Below, piece by piece: positions 47,477 to 57,725 of a stretch of 64,000 bases of DNA (the stretch's first letter is position 1; the number at the start of each line of letters is the position of its first letter). The notes under the pieces were generated by a model. That model did not search any database. It was not told where the DNA came from and saw only the letters and a program-made list of their open reading frames with translations. Location of the stretch: assembly GCA_903937035.1 (NCBI GenBank), contig CAIZXS010000001.1, positions 3,247 to 67,246 on the forward strand. The letters run 5' to 3'. The DNA is from an uncultured bacterium. Its GTDB lineage: Bacteria > Patescibacteriota > Minisyncoccia > Moranbacterales > UBA2206. Made by a program: the position numbers and the translations under genes.

Positions 47477-49132
47477 ATGAACGCTTTTTGGCAAAAGAAG
47501 AAAATATATTTCATCCTAATTATCGTTGGAATCATCATCTATTCCAACGCGCTGACCAACCAACTTTTTTGGGATGACAACGATGGAATCGTCAACAATG
47601 CCTATATCAAAGATTGGCAATATCTTCCAAACTATTTCTCCGAAAATCTGATTGCCGGCGCAGGACTTTCCAGCAATTACTGGCGTCCAATCCTCCTCAT
47701 TACCTATGCCATTGAATGGGAAATTTGGGGCCTTTGGCCACCTGGCTATCATCTAGTCAGCATCCTGATACACGTCCTTGCTTGCCTCTTAATGTTCAAA
47801 TTATTCAATCTTTTGACCAAAAAAAGATGGCTGGCTTTTTTCAGCGCCCTGCTTTTTCTTGTGCATCCATTGCAAACAGAAGCAGTTACCTATGTTTCAG
47901 GACTGGCTGATCCCCTTTCAACAGTTTTCACAGTTTTAGGCCTGATCTACTATCTCAAAAGAGGTAAGGAAAATATCTTGTGGCCAGTTTGGTTTTTTTT
48001 CATTCTCGCGCTCATGACCAAAGAAAAGGCGCTCCTTATTTTTCCCTCTCTCTTAGTCATTCTCGAGCTCACCGTCTTTCTTCATGAAAGTCCAAAAATA
48101 ATAAATTCTGCTCAATGGAAAGAATGGTTTTTTTCAAAAGTTAAATCACTTTGGCCAATTTTTGCTATCGGCATTTTTTATGCCCTTTTGCGCGCGACAT
48201 CATTAAATTTTCAAAATACTTTCAATCTCTATGATGGAGCAAATGTCTATGCGGACAGCATCTTTGTCCGCACATGGACTTTTTTAAAAATTTTTCCAGA
48301 TTATTTGAGGTTGATTCTTTGGCCATTTAACCTGCACATGGAACGTTTAGTTCAAATTGAAATATCCCCTTTCTCGTCACTAGTTTTTTTTGGTCTAATT
48401 CTTTTGGCGCTGCTCTTTTTTCGCGCGCTCAGCCAGGCAAAAAAGAATCCCTTCATTTTTTTCGCGCTTGGCTGGTTCCTTACCTCTTTGCTTTCTTCGT
48501 CAGGCATCCCGGCTGTTTCCAGTGGAATCATGTATGAGCATTACCTCTATTTGCCTCTGGCTGGTTTTTTTCTCTGGCTAGGACTAGAAATGGACAGTCT
48601 AATAGCTTATTTTAAAAAACCCGGCCTAGTTAGACAAATACTTTTCATTTTAATTCTGATTATAGCTTTTTTCTTTTCAGTCCTAACTATCCAGAGAAAT
48701 CGCACATGGAAAACACCAATCGCTCTTTATGAAGATATTTTGGATTACAATCAAACAAGCTTACGTGTTTGGAATAACCTTGGCATGGCCTATACTGATA
48801 CCAATCAAATGGATGAAGCTGTCAACGCTTATCAAAGAGCTATCGAACTTGATCCACAAAAAATTTCAGCTCCACCCTATCACAACCTTGCTAACGCTTT
48901 TGCTGCGTTAGGAAAAAAAGATGAGGCAGTTGCTAATTACAAAGAAGCCTTAAGAGTCAATCCCGACTTCACTTTTTCCTATGGCGCGCTATTCAATCTC
49001 TATGTGGAAGAAAAAAAATATGACGAGGCCATTGCTTTTTTTGAAGATTTAAGTCAAAAATCTTCCCAAAATAAAAGCGGAATTAATGGACTAATTAGCA
49101 TGCTTAAAAAAGCTAAAGCTAGCTCGATTTAA
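47477..49132 (+). CDS. polytopic membrane protein with C-terminal TPR repeats (PMT/ArnT-like topology)
   Basis: About 10 TM helices, then TPR motifs (NNLGMAYTDTNQMDEAVNAYQRAIELDP; YHNLANAFAALGKKDEAVANYKEALRVNPD). Confidence 0.6.
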   Translation: MNAFWQKKKIYFILIIVGIIIYSNALTNQLFWDDNDGIVNNAYIKDWQYLPNYFSENLIAGAGLSSNYWRPILLITYAIEWEIWGLWPPGYHLVSILIHVLACLLMFKLFNLLTKKRWLAFFSALLFLVHPLQTEAVTYVSGLADPLSTVFTVLGLIYYLKRGKENILWPVWFFFILALMTKEKALLIFPSLLVILELTVFLHESPKIINSAQWKEWFFSKVKSLWPIFAIGIFYALLRATSLNFQNTFNLYDGANVYADSIFVRTWTFLKIFPDYLRLILWPFNLHMERLVQIEISPFSSLVFFGLILLALLFFRALSQAKKNPFIFFALGWFLTSLLSSSGIPAVSSGIMYEHYLYLPLAGFFLWLGLEMDSLIAYFKKPGLVRQILFILILIIAFFFSVLTIQRNRTWKTPIALYEDILDYNQTSLRVWNNLGMAYTDTNQMDEAVNAYQRAIELDPQKISAPPYHNLANAFAALGKKDEAVANYKEALRVNPDFTFSYGALFNLYVEEKKYDEAIAFFEDLSQKSSQNKSGINGLISMLKKAKASSI

Positions 49133-49187
49133 TTCCATACTTTTCTGATTTGGTAGCAACATCCTTTTATGTTAGACTTCACTAGTT

Positions 49188-49520
49188 ATGATTAATAAGT
49201 CAACAAATATTAAAAATATGAATTTAGAAGGAACAATTTTGGGTTACAACAAAAAAATGCTTGCAATTTTTGCACTTGTTATTTTCGTCGCTGGTACGAT
49301 GTTTTATGCTGGAGCTAAATATGAAAAAAGAAAATTGAGTTCTTTGGGACTACTAAAAACAACGGCTGATAACAAAGCTAAGAAAAAACCAGCCGAAACC
49401 ATTGCTCCAAGCAATAAAGTTCCAATAGATGCCCCAAATGGACAAAACACTGCTACGCCAACAACCGCTACTCCGTCGGCTACAAAATCAGTAACCATGC
49501 CAACTAATCCTCAAAAATAA
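49188..49520 (+). CDS. small membrane-anchored hypothetical protein
   Basis: TM helix, then a Thr/Pro/Ala-rich tail; followed by a terminator. Confidence 0.4.
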   Translation: MINKSTNIKNMNLEGTILGYNKKMLAIFALVIFVAGTMFYAGAKYEKRKLSSLGLLKTTADNKAKKKPAETIAPSNKVPIDAPNGQNTATPTTATPSATKSVTMPTNPQK

Positions 49521-49543
49521 CTGCCAAAAAATACCAAAACAAA

Positions 49544-49575
49544 AAGCTGCAATCATATATTGCAGCTTTTTTAAA
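49544..49575 (+). terminator. rho-independent terminator
   Basis: 10-bp stem AAGCTGCAAT/ATTGCAGCTT followed by a T-run. Confidence 0.7.
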
Positions 49576-49677
49576 TCAGAACTTGCACATTTGCCGGTAA
49601 GGCTGTCGCCCCTTCCCTTTTCTCTCAATATGGTGTAGAATAAAAACTCGAGTATTATAAGTTAATTTTCAAAAAAT

Positions 49678-51129
49678 ATGTCAAGCAATGAAGTTGCAAT
49701 CAGATTTAATGAAGTTTCATTTGAATATTCTCGCGATAAAGTCATTCTAGACGATGCCTCTTTTTCTCTGCGTCAAGGAGCGAAAGTGACTCTGATGGGC
49801 CAAAACGGCGCCGGGAAAAGCACCCTCTTGGAGCTCATTACTGGAGCGCTTAAACCAAAATCTGGAACAATCCACGTTGCTAAAAATCTTACTATCGCTT
49901 ACGCCAAGCAAGTCATTCCTCGAGACGAACTTGAACTAACTGTGAATGATTTTTTTGCTAAGCGCTTTACAGAAAAAATCTATAACCTCACCCCACGCAT
50001 TGATAAGGTTTTGGACGTGGTTAATCTCAAAGCTCCCCATGATCGAATAGTTAAATCCTTTTCTGGCGGACAACAAGCTAGGCTCCTTCTTGCATCGGCT
50101 ATTATTTCTGATCCAGACCTTTTGATTTTAGATGAGCCGACCAACAATCTTGACCCGGCTGGCATCGAACACCTCACTCAATTCCTAATTAACTACGGGA
50201 AAACTTGCCTTGTCATTTCTCATGATGCTGATTTTCTTAATTCTTTTACTGATGGCGTACTTTATCTCGACATCTTCAATCACAAAACTCAGCAATATCT
50301 TGGCGACTATTACACGGTAGTAGAAGAAATTGCCGCCCAGATTGAAAAAGAGAAACGCAAAAATGCTCAATATGAGAAAGAAATCATTGCCAATAAGGAA
50401 AAGGCCAATTTCTTCGCCAATAAAGGAGGCAAAATGCGACTTGTAGCTAGACGCATGCGCGACAAAGCGACAGAAATGGAAGAAGCAAAAGTTGATGTTA
50501 GAAGAGAAGACAAGGCTATTCGCCAATTTGAAATCCCTTGCCAAGAAGACCTGGGCGGAGAAATCCTACACATTGACTCAGTTACAATTGTTAAAAATTA
50601 TGAACCAACAGAAAAAACCGTCAACGTTTCACTGCGCAAAAATCAGCACCTACTCCTCTCCGGACCAAATGGCATTGGAAAAAGCACCCTACTAGAATCA
50701 ATTGCCAAAGGAGAAACGCTAAGCGCAAAGATTCTTGAAGGCGTTAGCGTCGGTTATTATCGTCAAGACTTTTCAACCCTTAATTTTAAAGATACAGTCT
50801 TTGACTCACTTCTCTCAGTGATGAAATTGAAAGATGAAGAGAGGATGCGTTCGGTCGCCTCAGGCTTTCTTCTAACAAAAGAAGTTGTTTACGCTAAAAT
50901 CGGCAGTCTTTCTGAGGGACAAAAAGGTCTTGTCGCTTTTGCGCAACTAGTCCTCTTGGAACCAGGACTTTTAATTCTTGATGAACCAACAAATCACATT
51001 AATTTTCGCCATTTACCAATCATCGCGAAAGCGCTTGATGAATACAAGGGCGCGATGGTACTTGTCAGCCACGTACCTGATTTTGTGGCGCAAATCAGAA
51101 TTGACGAGGTGTTGGATTTGGAAAGATAA
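49678..51129 (+). CDS. ABC-F family ATPase (two tandem ABC domains, no TMD)
   Basis: Two Walker A motifs (GQNGAGKST, GPNGIGKST) and two ABC signatures (FSGGQQARLLLA, LSEGQKGLVAFA). Confidence 0.8.
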   Translation: MSSNEVAIRFNEVSFEYSRDKVILDDASFSLRQGAKVTLMGQNGAGKSTLLELITGALKPKSGTIHVAKNLTIAYAKQVIPRDELELTVNDFFAKRFTEKIYNLTPRIDKVLDVVNLKAPHDRIVKSFSGGQQARLLLASAIISDPDLLILDEPTNNLDPAGIEHLTQFLINYGKTCLVISHDADFLNSFTDGVLYLDIFNHKTQQYLGDYYTVVEEIAAQIEKEKRKNAQYEKEIIANKEKANFFANKGGKMRLVARRMRDKATEMEEAKVDVRREDKAIRQFEIPCQEDLGGEILHIDSVTIVKNYEPTEKTVNVSLRKNQHLLLSGPNGIGKSTLLESIAKGETLSAKILEGVSVGYYRQDFSTLNFKDTVFDSLLSVMKLKDEERMRSVASGFLLTKEVVYAKIGSLSEGQKGLVAFAQLVLLEPGLLILDEPTNHINFRHLPIIAKALDEYKGAMVLVSHVPDFVAQIRIDEVLDLER

Positions 51130-51160
51130 GCTTAAATTATTTTAACTAACCATATCGCGG

Positions 51161-51194
51161 GTTCAAGCTTTTCGCTTGAACTTTTTGTTTTTCC
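51161..51194 (+). terminator. rho-independent terminator after the ABC-F gene
   Basis: Stem GTTCAAGC/GCTTGAAC followed by TTTTTGTTTTT. Confidence 0.65.
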
Positions 51195-51241
51195 AATATT
51201 TTACCAGTCCTTCAATGCTTTATTAAAGAAAATTATTCACC

Positions 51242-51270
51242 TTGACAGCTTTTAAGACTAGTCTTATTGT
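51242..51270 (+). promoter_or_regulatory. sigma70-like promoter TTGACA-N17-TATTGT
   Basis: Consensus -35 and near-consensus -10 with 17-bp spacing, about 40 nt upstream of the small ORF at 51311. Confidence 0.45.
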
Positions 51271-51310
51271 TGAAATAGGAAATAACTCATGAAAGGAGGT
51301 GGGCCCGTCT

Positions 51311-51469
51311 ATGGGAGACTACGAAGAAGGCATTAAGGCAGGAGAACACATGCTTGAGAGTGGCATCAGTGAAGATGCAGCGCATCTGTCCACTCACTGG
51401 AATCCAATGGATTCCTCAGATTTTTCTGATGGTGTTGATGAAGCGATCAGACGATCGCACGAAGAGTAA
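51311..51469 (+). CDS. unannotated small acidic protein (52 aa) with strong Shine-Dalgarno sequence
   Basis: AAAGGAGGTG lies 7 nt upstream of the ATG. The ORF encodes MGDYEEGIKAGEHMLESGISEDAAHLSTHWNPMDSSDFSDGVDEAIRRSHEE. Its own promoter lies upstream and a terminator hairpin downstream. Confidence 0.4.
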   Translation: MGDYEEGIKAGEHMLESGISEDAAHLSTHWNPMDSSDFSDGVDEAIRRSHEE

Positions 51470-51532
51470 CGCTAACCCCTCACGAGTTACTGTCAATTTC
51501 AAGTCCAACTTGTTTCAACAGTTTTCCATGGA

Positions 51533-51587
51533 GTGATAAGTCGCATTGCGCTTATCACTTTATTATTTTTTTTGCTTTTTTTCAGCA
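51533..51587 (+). terminator. rho-independent terminator
   Basis: Stem GTGATAAG/CTTATCAC followed by a long T-rich run. Confidence 0.55.
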
Positions 51588-51642
51588 GTAGTCTAGCATT
51601 AGCTTTTATGCTAATATAAGTTATAATATTTATTTTTTTCTT

Positions 51643-52770
51643 ATGGTTTTTTTGCAAATTATCCTTTTTTTAAGCCTCTTCATCCTAATAATTTTCGGCT
51701 CGCACTATCTCCTGTATTCCTCGCTGATTAAATTTTTTCCTTTTTTTGAAAGTCACAAAAACGGACTAATTATCACTCTTTTCATCCTAGCTATTAGTTT
51801 TATCCTAACCTCAATTCTTGTACATATGCGAGAAGATTTTTTCACCCGCATTGGCTATTTTCTTTCTGGCTTTTGGCTCGGTTTTCTTACCAATCTCACT
51901 ATTGCTATTGTTCTTATTTGGATTATTCGCTGGCTGTTTCAACTAGCTAGCATTAATCTAAACATTCAATTTATAGCCTCAATTCTTTTTGGCTTGGCTT
52001 TTCTGGTTTCCATTTACGGAAGCTGGAATGCCTTCCAACTGAGAATAAAAACTGTCACAGTCGCCATCCCCAACCTGCCAGCTGATTGGCAAGAGAAAAA
52101 GGTCGTTCAATTGTCTGATATCCATCTGGGCATGACTTATCATCAGAATTTTCTAAGCCAAATTGTAGCCAAAACAAATTCTGTCCAGCCTGATTTAGTT
52201 GTCATAACAGGAGATCTTTTTGATGGTACAGACAACACGGACCTAGGCTCACTAACCGCACCTCTCAACAATCTCAAATCGAGAAGAGGCACATATTTCA
52301 TAAATGGCAACCACGAAACCTATCTTGGTTTGGACAAGGTTAATGAAACTCTTGGAAAAACTTCTGTAAAAGTGCTAAATGATGAGGTTTTTGACCTCTC
52401 AGGGCTAAAACTAATTGGACTTAGTTACCCCGAACGCGATCTGAAAAAAGACGTGCTTGCAACCTTGCAAAACCTAAAACCTCAATTTTTTGGTTCACCC
52501 AATATTCTGCTCTATCACTCCCCGACCAACATTACTGGGTTCGCTGAAAATGGCATCAATTTGCAACTTTCTGGACACACACACTTAGGACAAATGTTTC
52601 CTTTCAATTTTATCACGAAGTTAATTTATCACGGGTATGACTATGGTCTGCATTCAATTGGAAACTACACGCTGTACACAAGCAGCGGAATTGGAACATG
52701 GGGACCAGCCATGCGCACCAATAGCACCCCAGAAATTGTTGTAATTACACTGAAAAATAAAACTGACTAA
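51643..52770 (+). CDS. membrane-anchored metallophosphoesterase (calcineurin-like)
   Basis: Three or four N-terminal TM helices, then phosphoesterase motifs LSDIHLG, GDLFDG and NGNHE. Confidence 0.75.
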   Translation: MVFLQIILFLSLFILIIFGSHYLLYSSLIKFFPFFESHKNGLIITLFILAISFILTSILVHMREDFFTRIGYFLSGFWLGFLTNLTIAIVLIWIIRWLFQLASINLNIQFIASILFGLAFLVSIYGSWNAFQLRIKTVTVAIPNLPADWQEKKVVQLSDIHLGMTYHQNFLSQIVAKTNSVQPDLVVITGDLFDGTDNTDLGSLTAPLNNLKSRRGTYFINGNHETYLGLDKVNETLGKTSVKVLNDEVFDLSGLKLIGLSYPERDLKKDVLATLQNLKPQFFGSPNILLYHSPTNITGFAENGINLQLSGHTHLGQMFPFNFITKLIYHGYDYGLHSIGNYTLYTSSGIGTWGPAMRTNSTPEIVVITLKNKTD

Positions 52771-52775
52771 TCCAA

Positions 52776-53360
52776 ATGCCTGAAACATTAACTCAAAAAG
52801 ACTTACTGGCCAGAAAGGCTCAGGTAATAAAAGATATTAAGGAAGGAAAACTTTTTATCTATCCTACTGACACTTTGCATGGACTAGGCACAAATGCTCA
52901 AAATGCAAAGAGTGTAGAAAAAATCATAGATCTCAAAAGAAGATCTGGAAAAGCCTTTCTCATAATCGCCCCATCTCTCAGATGGATATTCGATAATTGC
53001 GTAGTCGCAAATAAAGAGATAGAAAAACTATTAACTGAAAAACTGCCCGGACCATATTCATTCATCTTAAAATTGAAAAATGTTAAAGCCGTTAGTCCAA
53101 TAGCGATTAATTTTAGTGAGACGGTTGGCGTTCGCTTGCCCAATAATTGGTTTTCTCAAATTATTGCGGAAAGTGGCGTGCCTTTTATTTCTACCTCCAT
53201 AAACTACGCCGGAGAACCTTCAGCTAAGCGCCTATTTGATATCGCTCAAGAGCTCCAAAACTCAATGGATTACGTTGTTTGGGACGAAGCATCTTCCACT
53301 GGAATGGCCAGTACCATCATTGATGTAACTTCTGGAATACCAAAAATACTTCGCCCCTAA
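52776..53360 (+). CDS. tsaC: L-threonylcarbamoyladenylate synthase (YrdC/Sua5 family)
   Basis: YrdC domain motifs (YPTDTLHGLG, VRLP, SANxSG-like STSINYAGEPS); 194 aa. Confidence 0.8.
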   Translation: MPETLTQKDLLARKAQVIKDIKEGKLFIYPTDTLHGLGTNAQNAKSVEKIIDLKRRSGKAFLIIAPSLRWIFDNCVVANKEIEKLLTEKLPGPYSFILKLKNVKAVSPIAINFSETVGVRLPNNWFSQIIAESGVPFISTSINYAGEPSAKRLFDIAQELQNSMDYVVWDEASSTGMASTIIDVTSGIPKILRP

Positions 53361-53452
53361 ACTTTTCTTTGACAAAAAGCTTTTTCAAGGGTAGAATAAG
53401 GGTTATGTTTAATTTAACCTAAAAGCTCTCTCAAGAGCGAAAAAATACTCAG

Positions 53453-55240
53453 ATGGAAATCCGAAATATTGCGATTATCGCCCATGTGGATCATGGAAAA
53501 ACAACCTTAACAGACGCAATTATGCGTCAAACTGGAAACGCCCCTGAAGGCGATACGATGGACAGCAATGCCCTAGAAAAAGAACGCGGAATCACAATCT
53601 ATTCCAAGAACGCAGCTATCATCTACAAAGATACAAAAATTAATATTGTGGACACCCCGGGACATGCCGATTTCGGCTCTGAAGTAGAACGAGTTCTTCG
53701 TTCGATCGATAGTGTTGTACTTGTCGTTGATGCTCAAGAGGGTCCAATGCCACAAACTAGATTTGTGCTCAAAAAATCCCTAGAGCTAGGACTAAAGCCA
53801 ATTGTCGTTATCAATAAAATCGACAAGCCGGCAGCAAACCCAGATATGGTGCAAGAACAAGTTTTCGAATTGTTCCTGGATTTAGGTGCAAATGATGAGC
53901 AACTGGAATTCACAACAGTTTATGCCATCGCTCGTCAAGGTATTGCCAAGATGCACCTGGAAGACGAATCAACTGATCTCTCCCCTCTTCTCGACACTAT
54001 CCTTGCACGCATTCCAGCGACACCACTTGAAAATAGTGACAAGCCTCTTCGCATGCAATTTTTCAATCTGGGTTATGACAACTTTTTGGGACGCCTCGGA
54101 ATTGGGCGAATTTATGAAGGCAAAATCCACTATAACGATACTGTGACGGTCAAAAAAAGTGATGGCACAATTGAAACTGGTAAAATCGTTAAACTGTTTT
54201 CATTTCTTGGGACAGAAAGAAGGGAAGTGACTGAGGCGATTGCTGGAGACATTGTCATGATTGCCGGAATTCCCAAAATTGATATTGGAGAAACAGTTTG
54301 CGCCACTCCGGAGCAAGAAGCATTGCCTTATATTAGCATTGATGAGCCAACCATTTCACTTAGCTTTATCGTTAATGACTCGCCCTTTGCCGGGAAAGAA
54401 GGTAAACTAGTCACCAACAAGCAAATCAAAGAACGCTTAATGAAAGAATTGGAAATCAATGTTGGACTCAAAATTGATTTTTCCCAAGCCGAATATTACA
54501 CCGTTTTGGGACGCGGAGAACTGCACATTGCCATACTTCTCGAAAATATGCGCCGTGAAGGATTTGAATTACAAGTTTCGAAACCAAAAGTAATTATCAA
54601 AGATATCGATGGAGTAAAATCTGAACCATTCGAAGAGCTCACAGTCGATGTTCCAGAAAAATCATCTGGCGTGGTGATTGAAAAGATTGGAAAAAGAAAG
54701 GGTGTTATGATGAATATGAAACAAACCGGATCACAAATGCGAATGATTTTTGAAGTTCCAACCCGGGGAATTTTAGGCTATCGCGGAGAGTTTATGATTG
54801 ATACGCGTGGCGAAGGCATCCTTTGTAGTCGCGTAATTGGCTTTCGACCATACGCTGGAGAAATCAAAAAGACTGACACAGGATCAATGATTTCTATGGC
54901 TACTGGAAAGGCGCTCGGCTTTTCTCTCGCCAACCTCCAAACTCGTGGCACGCTCTTTATCGAACCTTCCACTGAGGTCTATGAAGGCATGGTCATTGGC
55001 AACACATCAAAAGGTCAAGACATGTCCGTTAATCCAACCAAAGGCAAGGCAATGAGCAACATGCGCTCATCTGGCGCAGACGAAGCTATCCAGCTCACCC
55101 CGCCAATCAAAATCACTCTTGAGCGCGGACTGGAAATCATGTCTGATGATGAATATCTAGAAGTTACTCCTCTCTCCGTGCGACTAAGAAAGCAATTTCT
55201 CAGCGAAACCGAGCGAATCAGGCATTCAAGAAAGGCCTAG
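53453..55240 (+). CDS. typA: translational GTPase TypA/BipA
   Basis: N-terminal [23 protein letters not shown] and NKIDK motifs, with the BipA-specific C-terminal domain. Confidence 0.9.
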   Translation: MEIRNIAIIAHVDHGKTTLTDAIMRQTGNAPEGDTMDSNALEKERGITIYSKNAAIIYKDTKINIVDTPGHADFGSEVERVLRSIDSVVLVVDAQEGPMPQTRFVLKKSLELGLKPIVVINKIDKPAANPDMVQEQVFELFLDLGANDEQLEFTTVYAIARQGIAKMHLEDESTDLSPLLDTILARIPATPLENSDKPLRMQFFNLGYDNFLGRLGIGRIYEGKIHYNDTVTVKKSDGTIETGKIVKLFSFLGTERREVTEAIAGDIVMIAGIPKIDIGETVCATPEQEALPYISIDEPTISLSFIVNDSPFAGKEGKLVTNKQIKERLMKELEINVGLKIDFSQAEYYTVLGRGELHIAILLENMRREGFELQVSKPKVIIKDIDGVKSEPFEELTVDVPEKSSGVVIEKIGKRKGVMMNMKQTGSQMRMIFEVPTRGILGYRGEFMIDTRGEGILCSRVIGFRPYAGEIKKTDTGSMISMATGKALGFSLANLQTRGTLFIEPSTEVYEGMVIGNTSKGQDMSVNPTKGKAMSNMRSSGADEAIQLTPPIKITLERGLEIMSDDEYLEVTPLSVRLRKQFLSETERIRHSRKA

Positions 55241-55263
55241 ATAGTGTGAATGAAAAATCTCAA

Positions 55264-55300
55264 ACAAAAAAACCATCCTCTTTTGGATGGTTTTTTGTTT
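55264..55300. terminator. bidirectional terminator between typA and the convergent aminotransferase gene
   Basis: Stem AACCATCC/GGATGGTT flanked by A7 and T6. Confidence 0.65.
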
Positions 55301-55319
55301 ACAAACAGACCGGACCAGC

Positions 55320-56420
55320 TTAATCAATTTGCTCCAAGGCTGAAAGAAGTTTTCTATTTTTCTTTTCATCCTGAACAGTAATTCTCACATAACCCAGATC
55401 CTCTAGTCCAAGACTTTTTCTAAAATCTGCCGTCAAGACAAATCTTTTTTTCAATTCTTCATAGATATCTTTACTAACGTGTTTCAGGATGACTACGTTT
55501 GTTTCAGAATTCCCTCCAATCTTATAATTTTTCATTTTCCCTATTTCTGAAATTAATTTCTTCCTGATTAACTTAGTTTTCTTCGCCACTTGAGAAATAT
55601 AGCTCCTATCCCCCAGTGCGATCTTGGCCACTTCTTCTGACAGGGCATTAATATTAAAAACCGGCTTAATGTGATTGATATTTTCGATCAAATGTTCGTC
55701 CGCCACCACAAAACCTAGCCTTATCCCAGCCAAACTATATGATTTCGAAAGGCTCCTAATTACAATCAGATTTTTATACTTCTTCACTAAATTAACCGCC
55801 GAATTCTTTCCAGTCGGATCAAAAAAATCAAAGAAAACCTCATCAATAATCAAGATACTTTCTGAGCTAATGTTATCCAAAATTTGCTTGATTTGTTTTT
55901 GTGTTAACACATTTCCTGTGGGATTATTGGGATTGCAAATCCAAGCCGTCCGCGCTTTCTTGTTATTTATTTCTTGAATGAATTTATCAATAAATTTCTT
56001 ATCATACTTAAATTTATTTTTTTCTTCTAAGCCAACAAGATGCACGTTAATTTTGAACATTATATTGGCTTCGACAATTCTATAAAAAGTCGGCACGGCA
56101 AAAACACTGTTGCTGCCAGGCTCACTGAAGGCCCTTGGAATTATCCCGATAGCCTCGTCAGCGCCCACAGATAGAAGAATATTTTTCAAGTCAACGTTCA
56201 GCTTTTTGGCTATTATCTGTCTAATTTCCTTATACGTCGGGTCCAAGTAAGCACTCAATTTTTTTGGATCAAACTCAGAAAGCCCCTGCTTAATTTTCTT
56301 GCTAGGCGCAATAAAGCTCTCGCCCATATTAAACAGCTCATATTTGGAAATATTTTTAATTTCATCATGGACATAGCCGGCCACTTTTTGACTGAGTAAA
56401 TTTTTGATGTATGAATTCAT
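55320..56420 (-). CDS. class II aminotransferase, histidinol-phosphate aminotransferase-like
   Basis: HisC-family pattern with PLP lysine in SLSKSYSLAGIRLGF. The start at 56420 (MNSYIKNLL) is preferred over the longer track ORF. Confidence 0.7.
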   Translation of the reverse strand: MNSYIKNLLSQKVAGYVHDEIKNISKYELFNMGESFIAPSKKIKQGLSEFDPKKLSAYLDPTYKEIRQIIAKKLNVDLKNILLSVGADEAIGIIPRAFSEPGSNSVFAVPTFYRIVEANIMFKINVHLVGLEEKNKFKYDKKFIDKFIQEINNKKARTAWICNPNNPTGNVLTQKQIKQILDNISSESILIIDEVFFDFFDPTGKNSAVNLVKKYKNLIVIRSLSKSYSLAGIRLGFVVADEHLIENINHIKPVFNINALSEEVAKIALGDRSYISQVAKKTKLIRKKLISEIGKMKNYKIGGNSETNVVILKHVSKDIYEELKKRFVLTADFRKSLGLEDLGYVRITVQDEKKNRKLLSALEQID

Positions 56421-56607
56421 GGGATTAATTTTGATTAAATAATTAAAGGTATAAACCCTAGGGCAAGCCCTAGACCTTATTTGCGGCAAGCCACGGAGAA
56501 TTTACTCAAATTAGCTCGTCCGCCAAAGCTTCAGCGTAGGAGGATTAAAATTTTATTAATTATAAGTCTGGATGGGAAATTGCTCGCTGGCAATCTCCCA
56601 TCCCAAT

Positions 56608-57441
56608 TCATGAAAAAACTTGTCGATACTGATCGCCAATTAAAAGGTTTAACTGTTGCATACAGTCCAAAAACGTCTCGACTGGTGGGCTACCATTGAG
56701 ATGAAATCCCATTTCGGCAAAAATGTTAAAGGCAGGTTGCAATGTACCTCTTTTCACTTTCACAGACTTAGTCGTTCCGCCCTTACCTCTAACAAGAAAC
56801 TTCGCAGAAAGACTCTCTGGTTCTTCCACAAGCAGAACTCTGCAGTCAGTTGTAGACTGCTTGACAAGGTAAGGCGGTCCTGGCTTGTAATTGGGGATTA
56901 TTCCTGGGAACCTTCCCAGTACAAACCCAATGTCTTTGCGATCCGGAAAATATTTGCCAAATTGATAGGCAAAATAATTTTCATCCTTAGCCAAATAATT
57001 TGTTCTGTAGCTGGGGTAAACCCAGCCTATTTGAAATCCGCCATTAGGCAGAAGTCTATTGGTGATGCTACTCTGCACTTCTTCATAGCTCCACCCAAAA
57101 TCTTCATGAGCGAACAGATCAGAATACTTTGTAACTTTCCAGTACTTCATGCCGAGAGAATCCAGTAAAAATGCAATGAAAGACTCCTCTTCTGTCACGT
57201 CAAGAATATCTTGACCAAAGGGTTTGTTCATTAGAAACAATGTCGCACTCCTGGCTGAAAGCCGCTTCCTTGTTTCTTCTGCCATCTTGAGCATGAAAAG
57301 AAAATCCAGCCCCAGTCCGCAGCATCTATTGCCATCGCTCCCAAAAAATCCCATTCCCATATAGATATCAGGATTTTTCAAAGTGCATTCCGGCGCGATC
57401 ACCTTTTCCACAAATGGAACGTTCTTTAAAAGTTCAAGCAT
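56608..57441 (-). CDS. hypothetical protein (unknown family, Cys-Cys motif GNRCCGLG)
   Basis: 277-aa ORF with no confident family assignment; sits in a cluster with the M28 peptidase. Confidence 0.45.
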   Translation of the reverse strand: MLELLKNVPFVEKVIAPECTLKNPDIYMGMGFFGSDGNRCCGLGLDFLFMLKMAEETRKRLSARSATLFLMNKPFGQDILDVTEEESFIAFLLDSLGMKYWKVTKYSDLFAHEDFGWSYEEVQSSITNRLLPNGGFQIGWVYPSYRTNYLAKDENYFAYQFGKYFPDRKDIGFVLGRFPGIIPNYKPGPPYLVKQSTTDCRVLLVEEPESLSAKFLVRGKGGTTKSVKVKRGTLQPAFNIFAEMGFHLNGSPPVETFLDCMQQLNLLIGDQYRQVFS

Positions 57442-57506
57442 GCTACTACCCCCATGTCATATGTTAGTCAATCGATTATCGACAAATTCATTCAATTTTC
57501 CAAGGA

Positions 57507-57540
57507 ACAAAAAAACCGGTCTCGCGAGAGATCGGCTTTG
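57507..57540 (-). terminator. rho-independent terminator downstream of the M28 peptidase gene
   Basis: Stem CCGGTCTC/GAGATCGG (one G-U pair) with loop GCGA; on the minus strand it is followed by TTTTTTG. Confidence 0.5.
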
Positions 57541-57725
57541 ACTTGACTGAAATGAATATTGAAGCGTTATGCGTTATTCATTTTAAGCAAACCAAGACCG
57601 ATCTGGCTAAACCAGAAACTAAAAAAATAGAAACTATACAATTTTTGGTTGGTTTGATTGCTCATTGTTTTTTACTTAGCTATCTTAGCACTTTTAGGAA
57701 TTTTGTCAACACCCAAGGCGGTGAG

